Under the pieces are notes generated by a model. It did not search any database. It saw nothing but the letters and a program-made list of their open reading frames with translations, and was not told where the DNA came from. Positions 1-8,783 of a stretch of DNA of 64,000 nucleotides are shown piece after piece; within the stretch, counting starts at the first letter, position 1; each line of letters starts with the position of its first letter. Source of the DNA: an uncultured Actinomycetota bacterium (lineage in GTDB: Bacteria > Actinomycetota > Actinomycetes > Actinomycetales > Kineosporiaceae); contig CAWGFD010000002.1 in the NCBI GenBank assembly GCA_963821825.1, forward strand, positions 798,734-862,733. Reading direction: 5' to 3'. Both the position numbers and the translations under genes were made by a program.

Positions 1-176
1 AGCGCAGGCGTGTCCGCCGACACGTCCGACCAGGTCAGGCCCGGGGTGCCGACCAGCACCACGGGGCCGGCCAGGGCGGTCGGGGTGCTGGCCGCGGCGG
101 CACCGGACGGCCCGGCGACCAGCAGCAGGGTCAGCACCAGCAGCAGCGCAGCCGACCGGCCTCGGGTCGTGCCCAC
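1..176 (-). CDS. 5' end (about 58 codons) of a secreted or membrane-anchored protein that runs off the left edge
   Basis: Reverse strand from GTG at 176 reads VGTTRGRSAALLLVLTLLLVAGPSGAAAASTPTALAGPVVLVGTPGLTWSDV. This is a basic N-terminus, a hydrophobic core and an Ala-rich region, i.e. a signal peptide. Third positions are G/C-rich. It is absent from the ORF track because no stop lies inside the window. Confidence 0.4.
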   Translation of the reverse strand, partial: MGTTRGRSAALLLVLTLLLVAGPSGAAAASTPTALAGPVVLVGTPGLTWSDVSADTPA

Positions 177-262
177 CCATCGGGCCGGCCAGCGCGGGCG
201 GCGGTGGCACGGCGGGCGCGGTCTCACGCCGATCAGGCTAACCGGCTCGGCACAATGGCCCG

Positions 263-1546
263 GTGCCCCAGCCCGCGACGTCCCCGCCCCCGACGTCACC
301 GAGCCCGACGTCGCCGGCGGCGACGGACGGCGCCCGACCGGCGCGCCGGTCGGCGACCGGGCTGGCGCTGGGCCTGCTGGTCTTCGCCCTGGCCGCGGTG
401 CCCGTCCTGGTCGTCTACCTGGTGCGCCAGCCCAGCGAGATCTGGCAGGTCGACCTGGAGGTCTACCGGGCCGGCGCGCAGGCGCTGCTGCGCGGGGAGT
501 CGTTGTACGCGATGCGTACCCCGGCCCCGCAGCTGCTGCCGTTCACCTACCCGCCGTTCGCCGCCCTGGTCGGCCTGCCGCTGGCCGTGGTGCCCTTCGG
601 GGCCGCCGGCTGGTTGTGGTCGGCCCTGCAGCTGGCGCTGCTGTGGGTCAGCGTCGGGATCGCCTTCGGCCCCGCCCTGCGCCGCGCCGGCCGGTGGGCG
701 GGGCTGGGCCAGGGTGTGCTCTGCGGCGGCGCGGTGTGGCTGATGCCGGTCACCGAGGGGTTCCGGTTCGGCCAGGTGAACGCCGTGATCGTCGTGCTCT
801 GCCTGGTCGACCTGGCCCGGCCGCCGCAGGCCCGCAGCCGGTGGTGGGCCCAGGGCTGGTCGATCGGCTGCGCGGCGGCGATCAAGCTGACGCCGGCCAC
901 GTTCTGGCTGCACCTGGCCCAGGCCCGGCGCTGGCGGCTGCTGGCCTCCTCGGTGGCTGCCGCCGCAGCGGTCACCCTCGGTGCGGCGCTGGTCGCGCCG
1001 GCAGCCAGCGCCGCCTACTGGGGCTCGGCCCTGCTGGACCCGGGCCGGCTCGGGCCGAACGCCGGCACCTCCAACCAGTCGCTGCGCGGCACCCTGCTCC
1101 GGCTCGGGCCGGACGGCGCGGCCGGGACGGCGATCTGGCTGCTCGCGGTGCTGATCGTGCTGGTGGCCGGGCTGCGCCTGGCGGGACGGCTGCACCGGGC
1201 CGGGGAGCAGGTGGCGGTGGTCGGCGCGGTCGGGCTGGTCGCCTTCCTGATCTCCCCGGTCTCCTGGGTGCACCACCTGCACTGGGCCGTGGTGGTGCTC
1301 GGCGCCGTCCTGGGTGACGGTCGTCGGCTGCGCCGGGTGCTCACCGCCCTGGCCGGGGCGGCCCTGCTGTGGATGCGGCTGCCGTGGTGGGGGGCGAGCA
1401 TGCTGGCCGGGGACTGGCCGCGGTGGTTCGCCCGGCTGGTGCAGAACGCGGACACTTGGTGGGCGCTGGCTGCTCTGGTGGCCCTGGCGCTGCTGGTACC
1501 CGGCGGCGACGGACGGGACGGGCGGGCGCCGGTCAGGGCACCTTGA
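263..1546 (+). CDS. Polytopic membrane glycosyltransferase, GT87/DUF2029 (PimE-like alpha-1,2-mannosyltransferase family)
   Basis: 427-aa ORF with many predicted TM helices. The LLPFTYPPFAALVG segment and overall layout are typical of GT87/DUF2029. GTG start at 263; the Pro/Ser/Thr-rich N-terminus leaves the start uncertain. Confidence 0.75.
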   Translation: MPQPATSPPPTSPSPTSPAATDGARPARRSATGLALGLLVFALAAVPVLVVYLVRQPSEIWQVDLEVYRAGAQALLRGESLYAMRTPAPQLLPFTYPPFAALVGLPLAVVPFGAAGWLWSALQLALLWVSVGIAFGPALRRAGRWAGLGQGVLCGGAVWLMPVTEGFRFGQVNAVIVVLCLVDLARPPQARSRWWAQGWSIGCAAAIKLTPATFWLHLAQARRWRLLASSVAAAAAVTLGAALVAPAASAAYWGSALLDPGRLGPNAGTSNQSLRGTLLRLGPDGAAGTAIWLLAVLIVLVAGLRLAGRLHRAGEQVAVVGAVGLVAFLISPVSWVHHLHWAVVVLGAVLGDGRRLRRVLTALAGAALLWMRLPWWGASMLAGDWPRWFARLVQNADTWWALAALVALALLVPGGDGRDGRAPVRAP

Positions 1547-2609
1547 CGGTGAGCGCGCCGGGCAGCACCTCGGCCCGCAACCCGCAGCCGGTGCCGGCCG
1601 GGTCGCCGTCCAGCTGGACCGGCCACGGCTCGTCCACCCAGACCTCGATCCGCCGGGCCCGGAAGTGCTGCACCGTGGGGTGGCCCTTGCGCCGCCGGGA
1701 CAGCACCGCCAGGGTCACCGCGGCCCAGCCGGTCAGGCCGCGCGGGGACACCACCACGACGTCCAGCCAGCCGTCGTCGACCAGCGCCGCGGGCAGCAGC
1801 CGGACCCCGCCGGTCAGCGCCCCGCAGTTGCCGATGATGACGCTGCGGGCCCGGCGGGTCAGCGGTGGCCCGTCGTCCAGCCGCAGCTGCACCCGGGCGC
1901 GCCGGCCGCGCAGCCGGACCGCACCGGCCACGACGTAGGCCCACCACCCCACCCTGGCCTTCAGCCGCGGCTCGACGGCGGCCATCACCTCGGCGTCGAA
2001 CCCGATCCCGGCCATCACCAGGAACGGCTCGGGCTCATCGCTGCCCTGCTCACCGCGGTCGATCGCCACCAGGGCCACGTCCACCCGGCGTTGCCTGCCG
2101 TTGAGCGCGACGCCGAGCGCGGAGTCCAGGTCGATCAGCGGCAGTCCCAGGTTGCGAGCCAGCAGGTTGCCGGTGCCGCACGGCACGATGGCCAGCGCGG
2201 CGTCGTGGCCGAGCAGCTCACCGGCCACCGTCCGGACGGTGCCGTCCCCGCCGTAGGCCACCACGGTGCGGACCTGCTGGGCCAGCGCCGACGCCGTCTG
2301 GCCGTGGCCCGGGTCCTCCTGGGTGGTCTCCAGCCACAGTGGCGGCGCCTGGCCCGGGCGGGTCAGCCGGGCCAGCGCGCGGGCCCGGGCGTGGTCCTGG
2401 CGGGTCAGCTTGGTCGGGTTCACCACCACCGCCATGGTCGGCGGCCGCACCGGGACCTCCGCGGCCGGCGGGCCGTGCTCCGCGGCGGGCCGCCGCAGCC
2501 GCCGGGTGCTGCCGGACAGCGAGCGGCGCAGCACCAGGAACAGGGCCACGGTCAGCGCCAGCACGACCACCAGGAGCAGCGTCTCCAGCTGCTCGGAGGT
2601 CCACGGCAT
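1533..2609 (-). CDS. Diacylglycerol/lipid kinase family protein with N-terminal membrane anchor
   Basis: VVAYGGDGTVRTVAGEL (GGDG nucleotide motif) and IVPCGTGNLLARNLG. N-terminal hydrophobic helix. ATG at 2609. Confidence 0.85.
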   Translation of the reverse strand: MPWTSEQLETLLLVVVLALTVALFLVLRRSLSGSTRRLRRPAAEHGPPAAEVPVRPPTMAVVVNPTKLTRQDHARARALARLTRPGQAPPLWLETTQEDPGHGQTASALAQQVRTVVAYGGDGTVRTVAGELLGHDAALAIVPCGTGNLLARNLGLPLIDLDSALGVALNGRQRRVDVALVAIDRGEQGSDEPEPFLVMAGIGFDAEVMAAVEPRLKARVGWWAYVVAGAVRLRGRRARVQLRLDDGPPLTRRARSVIIGNCGALTGGVRLLPAALVDDGWLDVVVVSPRGLTGWAAVTLAVLSRRRKGHPTVQHFRARRIEVWVDEPWPVQLDGDPAGTGCGLRAEVLPGALTVKVP

Positions 2610-2680
2610 GGGCGCACGGTACGCGATCGGCAGCCGGCGGCCCGCGCTGCCTCGGGCAGCCCGCCGACTAGGCTCGTGCG

Positions 2681-3970
2681 GTGATCGACCTGCGCCTCCT
2701 GCGGAGCAACCCCGACGCCGTCCGCGCCTCCCAGCGGGCGCGCGGAGCCGACCCGTCGCTGGTGGACCAGCTGTTGGCCGCCGACGAGGGCCGGCGGGCC
2801 GCGCTGACCGGGTTCGAGCGGGACCGCGCCGAGCAGAAGGCGCTGGGCCGTCAGGTGGCCAAGGCGCAGGGGCAGCAGAAGGCGATCCTGCTCGACCAGG
2901 CCAAGCAGCTGGCCGAGGCGGTGCGGGCCGGGCAGGCGGCGGCCGACGCCGCCGCGGCGGAGCTGGAGGACGTACTGCGCCGGGTGGACAACGTGGTCGA
3001 GGACGGCGCGCCGGCCGGCGGCGAGGACGACTACGTGGTGCTGCGGGAGGTCGGCACCCGGCGCGACTTCGCGGCCGAGGGCTTCGAGCCGCTGGACCAC
3101 GTGCAGCTCGGTGAGCGGCTCGGGGTGGACACCGACCGGGGTGCCAAGGTCTCCGGCGCCCGGTTCTACTTCCTCAAGGGCGCCGCGGCACGCCTGGAGC
3201 TGGCGCTGCTGAACGCCGCGGTCGACCAGGCCGCCGGGTACGGCTTCACCCCGGTGATCACCCCGACCCTGGTCCGGCCGGAGGTGATGGCCGGCACCGG
3301 GTTCCTCGGTGCGCACGCCGACGAGGTCTACCACCTGGACAAGGAGGACGACCTCTACCTGGTCGGCACCAGCGAGGTCGCGCTGGCCGGGATGCACTCC
3401 GGGGAGGTGCTCGACCTGTCCGCCGGACCGCTGCGCTACGCGGGCTGGTCGGCCTGCTACCGCCGGGAGGCCGGCTCCTACGGGAAGGACACCCGGGGGA
3501 TCATCCGTGTTCACCAGTTCCACAAGGTGGAGATGTTCAGCTGGTGCAGGGTGGAGGACGCGCACGCCGAGCACCTGCGGCTGCTGGCCTGGGAGGAGGA
3601 GATGCTCGCCCGGGCCGAGCTGCCCTACCGGGTGATCGACGTCGCCGCGGGCGACCTGGGCTCCTCGGCCGCCCGCAAGTACGACTGCGAGGCCTGGCTG
3701 CCGAGCCAGGGCCGCTACCGGGAGGTGACCTCGACATCGAACTGCACGACGTACCAGGCCCGCCGGCTCGACGTCCGAGAGGTGGACCCGACTGCCCAGC
3801 AGGCCGGCAACCGACCGGTCGCGACCCTGAACGGCACCCTGGCCACCACCCGGTGGATCGTCTCGATCCTGGAGAACCACCAGCTCAGCGACGGCACGGT
3901 CCGGGTGCCCGAGGGACTGCGGCCCTACCTGGGCGGGCAGAGCACGCTCGGGCCGGCGGGCCGCGGATGA
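2681..3970 (+). CDS. serS: Seryl-tRNA synthetase
   Basis: 429 aa with an N-terminal coiled-coil arm. Class II core segments [37 protein letters not shown] and [17 protein letters not shown]. Confidence 0.97.
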   Translation: MIDLRLLRSNPDAVRASQRARGADPSLVDQLLAADEGRRAALTGFERDRAEQKALGRQVAKAQGQQKAILLDQAKQLAEAVRAGQAAADAAAAELEDVLRRVDNVVEDGAPAGGEDDYVVLREVGTRRDFAAEGFEPLDHVQLGERLGVDTDRGAKVSGARFYFLKGAAARLELALLNAAVDQAAGYGFTPVITPTLVRPEVMAGTGFLGAHADEVYHLDKEDDLYLVGTSEVALAGMHSGEVLDLSAGPLRYAGWSACYRREAGSYGKDTRGIIRVHQFHKVEMFSWCRVEDAHAEHLRLLAWEEEMLARAELPYRVIDVAAGDLGSSAARKYDCEAWLPSQGRYREVTSTSNCTTYQARRLDVREVDPTAQQAGNRPVATLNGTLATTRWIVSILENHQLSDGTVRVPEGLRPYLGGQSTLGPAGRG

Positions 3971-4917
3971 GGGTCGGCAGCTGGACCGGTGCGCTGGAGC
4001 GGTGCCCCCAGCTCGTCGCGCTCGACATCGACGGCACGATCCTGGACCACGACGAGCACCTGAGCGAACGGGTCCGGAGCAGCGTCCAGGCGGTCGCCGA
4101 CGCCGGACCGGAGGTGGTGCTGGCCACCGGGCGCTCGCTGCACGCCACCCTGCCGGTGCTGGATCGGCTGGGGCTGGTCTGCGGCTGGGCGGTGTGCAGC
4201 AACGGGGCCGTCACGCTCCGGCTGGACCCCTCGCTGCCGGCCGGCTACACCGTGCACGAATCGGTCACCTTCGATCCATCGTGGGCGCTGCGGCTGCTGC
4301 GCGAGGAGCTGCCGACCGCCCTCTACGCGGTCGAGGAGGTCGGGGTCGGGTACCGGTTGACGGCCCCGTTCCCGGACGGCGAGCTGACCGGGGACCAGAC
4401 GTTCGTGGCGTTCGAGGACCTGCTGCACACCCCGGCCACCCGGGTCATCGTGCGCAGCCCGGACCTCAGCTCCCAGGCGTTCCTGGACCTGGTGGAGCGG
4501 GTAGGGCTGCACGGGGTCAACTACGCGGTCGGCTGGACCGCCTGGCTCGACCTGGCGCCGGAGGGGGTCAGCAAGGCCTCGGCCCTGGAGCTGGTGCGTG
4601 GCCGGCTGGGCTGCCCGCCGCAGGCCACGCTGGCGGTGGGCGACGGCCGCAACGACCTGGAGATGTTCGCCTGGGCCGGCCACTCGGTGGCGATGGGCCA
4701 GGCGCCGCCGGAGGTGCTGCGCGCGGCCCGTTCGACGACCGGCCCGGTGGGCGCCGACGGGCTGGCCGACGTCCTGGACGTCGTCACCTCGCTGGCAGCC
4801 TCACCGTCCGGTTCGTCGTCCGGTTCGTCGTCGGGCTCGTCGTTTGGCTCTCCGGCGGGCCGACCGGAACGCGCGCAGACAGGTAGGCAGACCGAGGACC
4901 AGGAGGACCAGGGATGA
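3967..4917 (+). CDS. HAD-superfamily Cof-type phosphatase with Ser/Gly-rich acidic tail
   Basis: ATG at 3967 overlaps the serS stop (ATGA). Motif I is [10 protein letters not shown] and motif III is [11 protein letters not shown]. The longer track ORF from 3544 is a shadow of serS. Confidence 0.85.
   Translation: MRVGSWTGALERCPQLVALDIDGTILDHDEHLSERVRSSVQAVADAGPEVVLATGRSLHATLPVLDRLGLVCGWAVCSNGAVTLRLDPSLPAGYTVHESVTFDPSWALRLLREELPTALYAVEEVGVGYRLTAPFPDGELTGDQTFVAFEDLLHTPATRVIVRSPDLSSQAFLDLVERVGLHGVNYAVGWTAWLDLAPEGVSKASALELVRGRLGCPPQATLAVGDGRNDLEMFAWAGHSVAMGQAPPEVLRAARSTTGPVGADGLADVLDVVTSLAASPSGSSSGSSSGSSFGSPAGRPERAQTGRQTEDQEDQG
4807..4854 (+). repeat. 12-bp in-frame tandem repeat (about 4 copies of tccggttcgtcg and variants) encoding [15 protein letters not shown]
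   Basis: Read directly from the sequence at 4807-4854, inside the 3' end of the HAD gene. Confidence 0.8.
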
Positions 4918-5567
4918 GAGTCGTGATCGCCGGTGGCCACGGGCAGATCGCCCAGCAGTTGGAGCGCCTGCTCAGCGTGGCCGGGCACGAGCCGGTGGGG
5001 CTGGTCCGCGACCCGCAGCACGCCGCCGACCTGGCGGTGGTCGGCGCCACGGCCGAGGTGGTGGACCTGGAGTCCAGCTCGCCGCAGGAGCTGGCCGACG
5101 TGCTGGGCGGGGCGGACGCCGTCGTGTTCGCCGCCGGGGCTGGCCCGGGCAGTAACGCGGCCCGCAAGGACAGCGTGGACCGGGCCGGCGCGGTGCTCCT
5201 GGCGGACGCCGCCGAGCTGGCCGGTGTCCGGCGCTACCTGATGGTCTCGGCGATGGGCACGGAGCAGGCCGACCCGGGCTCGGAGGACGTCTTCCAGGTC
5301 TACCTGCGGGCCAAGGCGGCGGCTGACGCCGACCTGATGGCCCGGGACCTGGACTGGGTGGTGCTGCGCCCGGGCCGGCTGACCGACGACCCCGGGACCG
5401 GCCTGGTCCGACTAGCCCCGGGCCTGGAGCCGGGCAGCGTGCCGAGGGCCGACGTCGCCGCGGTGCTGGCCGAGCTGCTCGGGCAGCCGACGGTGACCAG
5501 GACCCGGGTCGACCTGGTGGCCGGGCCGGACCCGGTCAGCTCGGCCGTGGCGGCACTGGCCGGCTGA
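4914..5567 (+). CDS. NAD(P)H-binding SDR-like protein (NmrA/YwnB-type)
   Basis: ATGA overlap with the upstream HAD gene. N-terminal Rossmann motif VVIAGGHGQIAQQL. 217 aa. Confidence 0.8.
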   Translation: MRVVIAGGHGQIAQQLERLLSVAGHEPVGLVRDPQHAADLAVVGATAEVVDLESSSPQELADVLGGADAVVFAAGAGPGSNAARKDSVDRAGAVLLADAAELAGVRRYLMVSAMGTEQADPGSEDVFQVYLRAKAAADADLMARDLDWVVLRPGRLTDDPGTGLVRLAPGLEPGSVPRADVAAVLAELLGQPTVTRTRVDLVAGPDPVSSAVAALAG

Positions 5568-5573
5568 CCCGGC

Positions 5574-5996
5574 TCAGGCCTGCAGGTCCGGGCGCTGCGC
5601 GAGGACCTGCTCGATGGTGTCCAGCGTCCGGTCCAGACCGGCCCCGATCTGGTCGGAGTCGTGCTGGGTGTGCAGCTGCACCTCCAGCGCTGCCCCCTCA
5701 CCGTCCGGGGTGACCGACAGGGTCCCCTGGTAGTCGTGCGGCCCCTCGGCGCCCCAGCGCAGCGAGCGGGCGTCGGCGTCGATGCTGAACCACGCCTCGC
5801 CCTGCACGCTGCCGTTCTCGTCACCGGTCTGGGCCGGGTCCAGTCGGGCGGTGACCGAGACCTCGTCGCCGCGGGTGTGGTGGGCCTCGGTCATCCGGTT
5901 GAAGTAGCTGGGCAGGTTCTCGACCTTCGACAGGTACTCGAACACCTCGTCGGGGTCGGCCTGGATGGTCCGGGAACGCGTGAAGTCGGCCATCAC
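5574..5996 (-). CDS. SRPBCC (polyketide cyclase/dehydrase-like) family protein
   Basis: 140 aa. The N-terminus ...FTRSRTIQADPDEVFEYLSKVENLPSYF is typical of the SRPBCC fold. G/C-rich third positions. Confidence 0.65.
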   Translation of the reverse strand: MMADFTRSRTIQADPDEVFEYLSKVENLPSYFNRMTEAHHTRGDEVSVTARLDPAQTGDENGSVQGEAWFSIDADARSLRWGAEGPHDYQGTLSVTPDGEGAALEVQLHTQHDSDQIGAGLDRTLDTIEQVLAQRPDLQA

Positions 5997-6055
5997 CTGA
6001 GAGTGCCCTGTCCGTTGCGGATCGCATCTCGGACGCTCCCCCGTAGGGTGAGCCG

Positions 6056-6880
6056 ATGCCTGCTGACGGTGAGTCCCGGATCGGCCCGCGTGACCTGACC
6101 CGGTGGGACACCCCCGTGGGGCGCCGGGTCGCCCGGCTCGTCGTGCCGCTGGCGGCGCGGATGCAGCCGCACCGGGCGCTCCTGCTGGCCCTGCTGATCG
6201 GCGCCCTGGCCGCGGCCCTGATGGCCACCGGCGTGCACGAGCTCTACGAGGCGATCACCGGCTCGGAGGGCGTCGCCCGGCTGGACCGGCCGACCCTGGA
6301 CTGGGCGGTCGCCCACCGAAGCCCGGCCGAGGCGACCTGGGTCAGCCGGTTCACCGAGGTGGGCGGCCCGGTCGGGATGCCCATCCTGGCCACCGTCGTG
6401 ACCGCCGCCCTGGCCATCACCTGGCGCACCTGGCGACCGGTCGTGCTGATGGCAGTGGCGGCCGGCGGCTCGCTGCTGATGACGGTGGTCGGCAAGGCGT
6501 GGGTGGCCCGCAGCCGCCCGCCGCTGCTGGACGCCGTCCCGCCGTACGAGACGTCCTGGTCCTTCCCCAGCGGGCACTCGCTGAACGCGCTGGTGGTGGC
6601 GGGCGTGGTCTGCTACCTGCTGCTGACCCACGAGCACCGCCGACGGACCCGCACGCTCACCGTCGTGCTCGCCAGCGTGTTCGCGGCCGCGATGGGGCTG
6701 AGCCGGGTGTACCTGGGCCACCACTGGCTGACCGATGTGCTGGCCGCGTGGGTGCTGGGCGCCGGCTGGCTGGTCCTGGTGATCACCGGTCACCGGTTGT
6801 GGCTGACCACCCGCCAGCGCCCGGATCCGGCCGAGGCCGGGGACGCACCGCCCGACGGCTCGCGCACCGGGGCGAGCTGA
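6056..6880 (+). CDS. PAP2-family membrane phosphatase
   Basis: All three PAP2 motifs are present: KAWVARSRPP, FPSGHS and SRVYLGHHWLTD. Multiple TM helices. Confidence 0.9.
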   Translation: MPADGESRIGPRDLTRWDTPVGRRVARLVVPLAARMQPHRALLLALLIGALAAALMATGVHELYEAITGSEGVARLDRPTLDWAVAHRSPAEATWVSRFTEVGGPVGMPILATVVTAALAITWRTWRPVVLMAVAAGGSLLMTVVGKAWVARSRPPLLDAVPPYETSWSFPSGHSLNALVVAGVVCYLLLTHEHRRRTRTLTVVLASVFAAAMGLSRVYLGHHWLTDVLAAWVLGAGWLVLVITGHRLWLTTRQRPDPAEAGDAPPDGSRTGAS

Positions 6881-6892
6881 CCCGCAGGCGGC

Positions 6893-7198
6893 TCAGCTCT
6901 GGCTACCGGTGTCCTGCCCGGGCTCGCCCTGGTACTGGCCCGGCGAGCCGGGACGGGCGTCGGGGCTGCCGAGGAGCTCCTCGCCGGTCTGCGGCCTCGA
7001 CGGGTCACCGGGCACCTCCGCGGGGGCGCTGTCCGCGGACCCGCCGGAGCGCACGTCCTGGTCGCCGTCCGGCTGCCGGCCGGCGTCCGCCGAGCCCGCG
7101 TTGACGCCCTCCGGCTCGACCAGGCAGGGACGCCCGCTCTGGGGCTGCGGCGCGGGGGAGGCGGACGGCACGTGGTCGGGGTGGTCAGGATCGCTCAT
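6893..7198 (-). CDS. Small acidic Pro/Gly/Asp-rich hypothetical protein
   Basis: Reading from ATG at 7198 (8 nt after the MFS stop), nearly every codon ends in G/C, which argues for real coding. No family recognised. An alternative GTG start lies at 7219. Confidence 0.45.
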   Translation of the reverse strand: MSDPDHPDHVPSASPAPQPQSGRPCLVEPEGVNAGSADAGRQPDGDQDVRSGGSADSAPAEVPGDPSRPQTGEELLGSPDARPGSPGQYQGEPGQDTGSQS

Positions 7199-7205
7199 GG
7201 CTGTG

Positions 7206-8510
7206 TCAGTGCCCCGCACCGGCCCCGCTCAACCCTGCCGGGACCTCCTCCCGGCGCTCGGTAGCCTGCCCGCCGTCCACGGCCCGGAGCCGGCCGGTCA
7301 CCGTGAAGATCGCTACCGCGACCAGCAGGCTGGCCACACACAGCAGGCCGAGCGGCAGCACCGAGCTGGTGCCGGCCGCCCCGACCAGCGGGGAGAGCAG
7401 CCCACCGACGGAGAACTGGAACAGGCCGAGCAGGGCGGAGGCCGCGCCGGCCCGCTCGGGGTGCAGCATCATCGCCTGGCTGGAGGCCATCGGCATCGCC
7501 ATCCCGACACCGAAGACCATCAGCCACAGCGGGCCCGCCACGCCGAAGAAGCCGACGCCGGGCAGCAGCGCGTCGCCCAGGAGGACGGCGGCGGCCAGGG
7601 TCGCCACGCCGAGGCCGATGCCGAGCAGCCGGCGCTGGCCGACCCGCCCGGACAGCCCACCGGTCAGCTGGGTGCCGCAGACCAGGGCGACCGAGTTCGC
7701 CCCGAAGACCAGGCCGAACGCGCTCGGGCTGAGCCCGAACACGTCGCGGAAGATGAACGAGCTGGCCGACACGTAGCTGAACAGGGCGGCGAAGGTGAAG
7801 GCCACCACCAGCGCGCTGCCCATGAAGGCGCGGTCGCGCAGCAGGGAGCGGTAGCTGCGCAGGCTCTCCGGCAGCCCGGCGGTCCGCCGGCGCTCCGCCG
7901 GCAACGACTCCTGCAGCACCAGGCTGACCACCAGGGTCATCACCAGGCCGACCGACCCCAGCACGATGAACAGCCCTCGCCAGCCGGTGGTGCGCAGCAG
8001 CAGGCCACCCAGGGTGGGCGCCAGGATCGGCACCACGCCGACCACGAGCATCAGCCGCGCGAAGGCCCGGGCCAGCTGGTCGCCCTCGGCCAGGTCGCGG
8101 ACGACGGCCCGGGCGACGACCAGGCCGGCCGAGCCGGCCAGCCCCTGCGCGAAGCGCAGACCGGTCAGGGTGACGATCGAGGGCGCGAAGGCGCAGGCCA
8201 AGGAGATCAGGGCCCAGCCGCCCAGGCCCAGGATGATCGGCCGGCGCCGGCCGACCGCGTCGGAGATCGGCCCGGCGATCAGCTGGCCGATCGCCAGCCC
8301 GATGACGGTGGCGGTCAGGGTGAGCTGGACCGCCGACTCGCTGGCGTGCATGTCCCTGGCCAGGTCCGGGAAGGACGGCAGGTACATGTCGATCGACAGC
8401 GCGCCCAGCGCGGTGATCGTGCCGAGCACGATCAGCCGGGCAGCGGTCAGCCCGGACGTCGGGGCGGCAGCGGCCGGCCCGGTCGGGCGGCGGGCAGAAG
8501 TGATGGACAT
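7206..8510 (-). CDS. MFS drug/H+ antiporter, Bcr/CflA-like
   Basis: 434 aa with 12 predicted TM helices. MFS motif A GPISDAVGRRRPI. The N-terminal region SIDMYLPSFPDLA is typical of Bcr/CflA. Confidence 0.85.
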   Translation of the reverse strand: MSITSARRPTGPAAAAPTSGLTAARLIVLGTITALGALSIDMYLPSFPDLARDMHASESAVQLTLTATVIGLAIGQLIAGPISDAVGRRRPIILGLGGWALISLACAFAPSIVTLTGLRFAQGLAGSAGLVVARAVVRDLAEGDQLARAFARLMLVVGVVPILAPTLGGLLLRTTGWRGLFIVLGSVGLVMTLVVSLVLQESLPAERRRTAGLPESLRSYRSLLRDRAFMGSALVVAFTFAALFSYVSASSFIFRDVFGLSPSAFGLVFGANSVALVCGTQLTGGLSGRVGQRRLLGIGLGVATLAAAVLLGDALLPGVGFFGVAGPLWLMVFGVGMAMPMASSQAMMLHPERAGAASALLGLFQFSVGGLLSPLVGAAGTSSVLPLGLLCVASLLVAVAIFTVTGRLRAVDGGQATERREEVPAGLSGAGAGH

Positions 8511-8783
8511 CAGGGGGAGTCACGCTCCGCGTCGTGGTGGCTGACGCTGCCGGGGGCTGCGTCGAGGTCGTTCGCGGGGCCGACTGCTGTGGCGGCTCGA
8601 CGAGGGGGGCCGAGGTTCCGGCCCGGTCGGGTCCGCACGTCCCGTGCCGGGCACGGGGATCGCACGTGATGCTTTCGTTACTTACGATAGGCGAACAAGA
8701 GGGTTGACGCCCGTGCTATTCCCTCGACCCGCCGCTGACGGTCCTGGAGCGGGGCGCCTGAGCAGGCGGGGTCGGCAGCCCGG

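Noticed and set aside
2552-3880. 442-aa ORF on the minus strand covering serS
   Set aside because: It is exactly antisense to an unambiguous seryl-tRNA synthetase gene. The translation is Arg/Gly/Pro/Leu-rich with no motif. This is a typical long shadow ORF of high-GC DNA.
8511-8783. ORF 8644..8913 and a cccgtgcc/ggcacggg palindrome (8641-8657) in the MFS / GGDEF-EAL intergenic region
   Set aside because: The ORF overlaps the 3' end of the GGDEF-EAL gene and has no coding signature. The palindrome has an effective loop too short for a confident terminator call. The AT-richer patch around 8670-8720 probably holds the MFS promoter, but I could not define the -10 and -35 elements.
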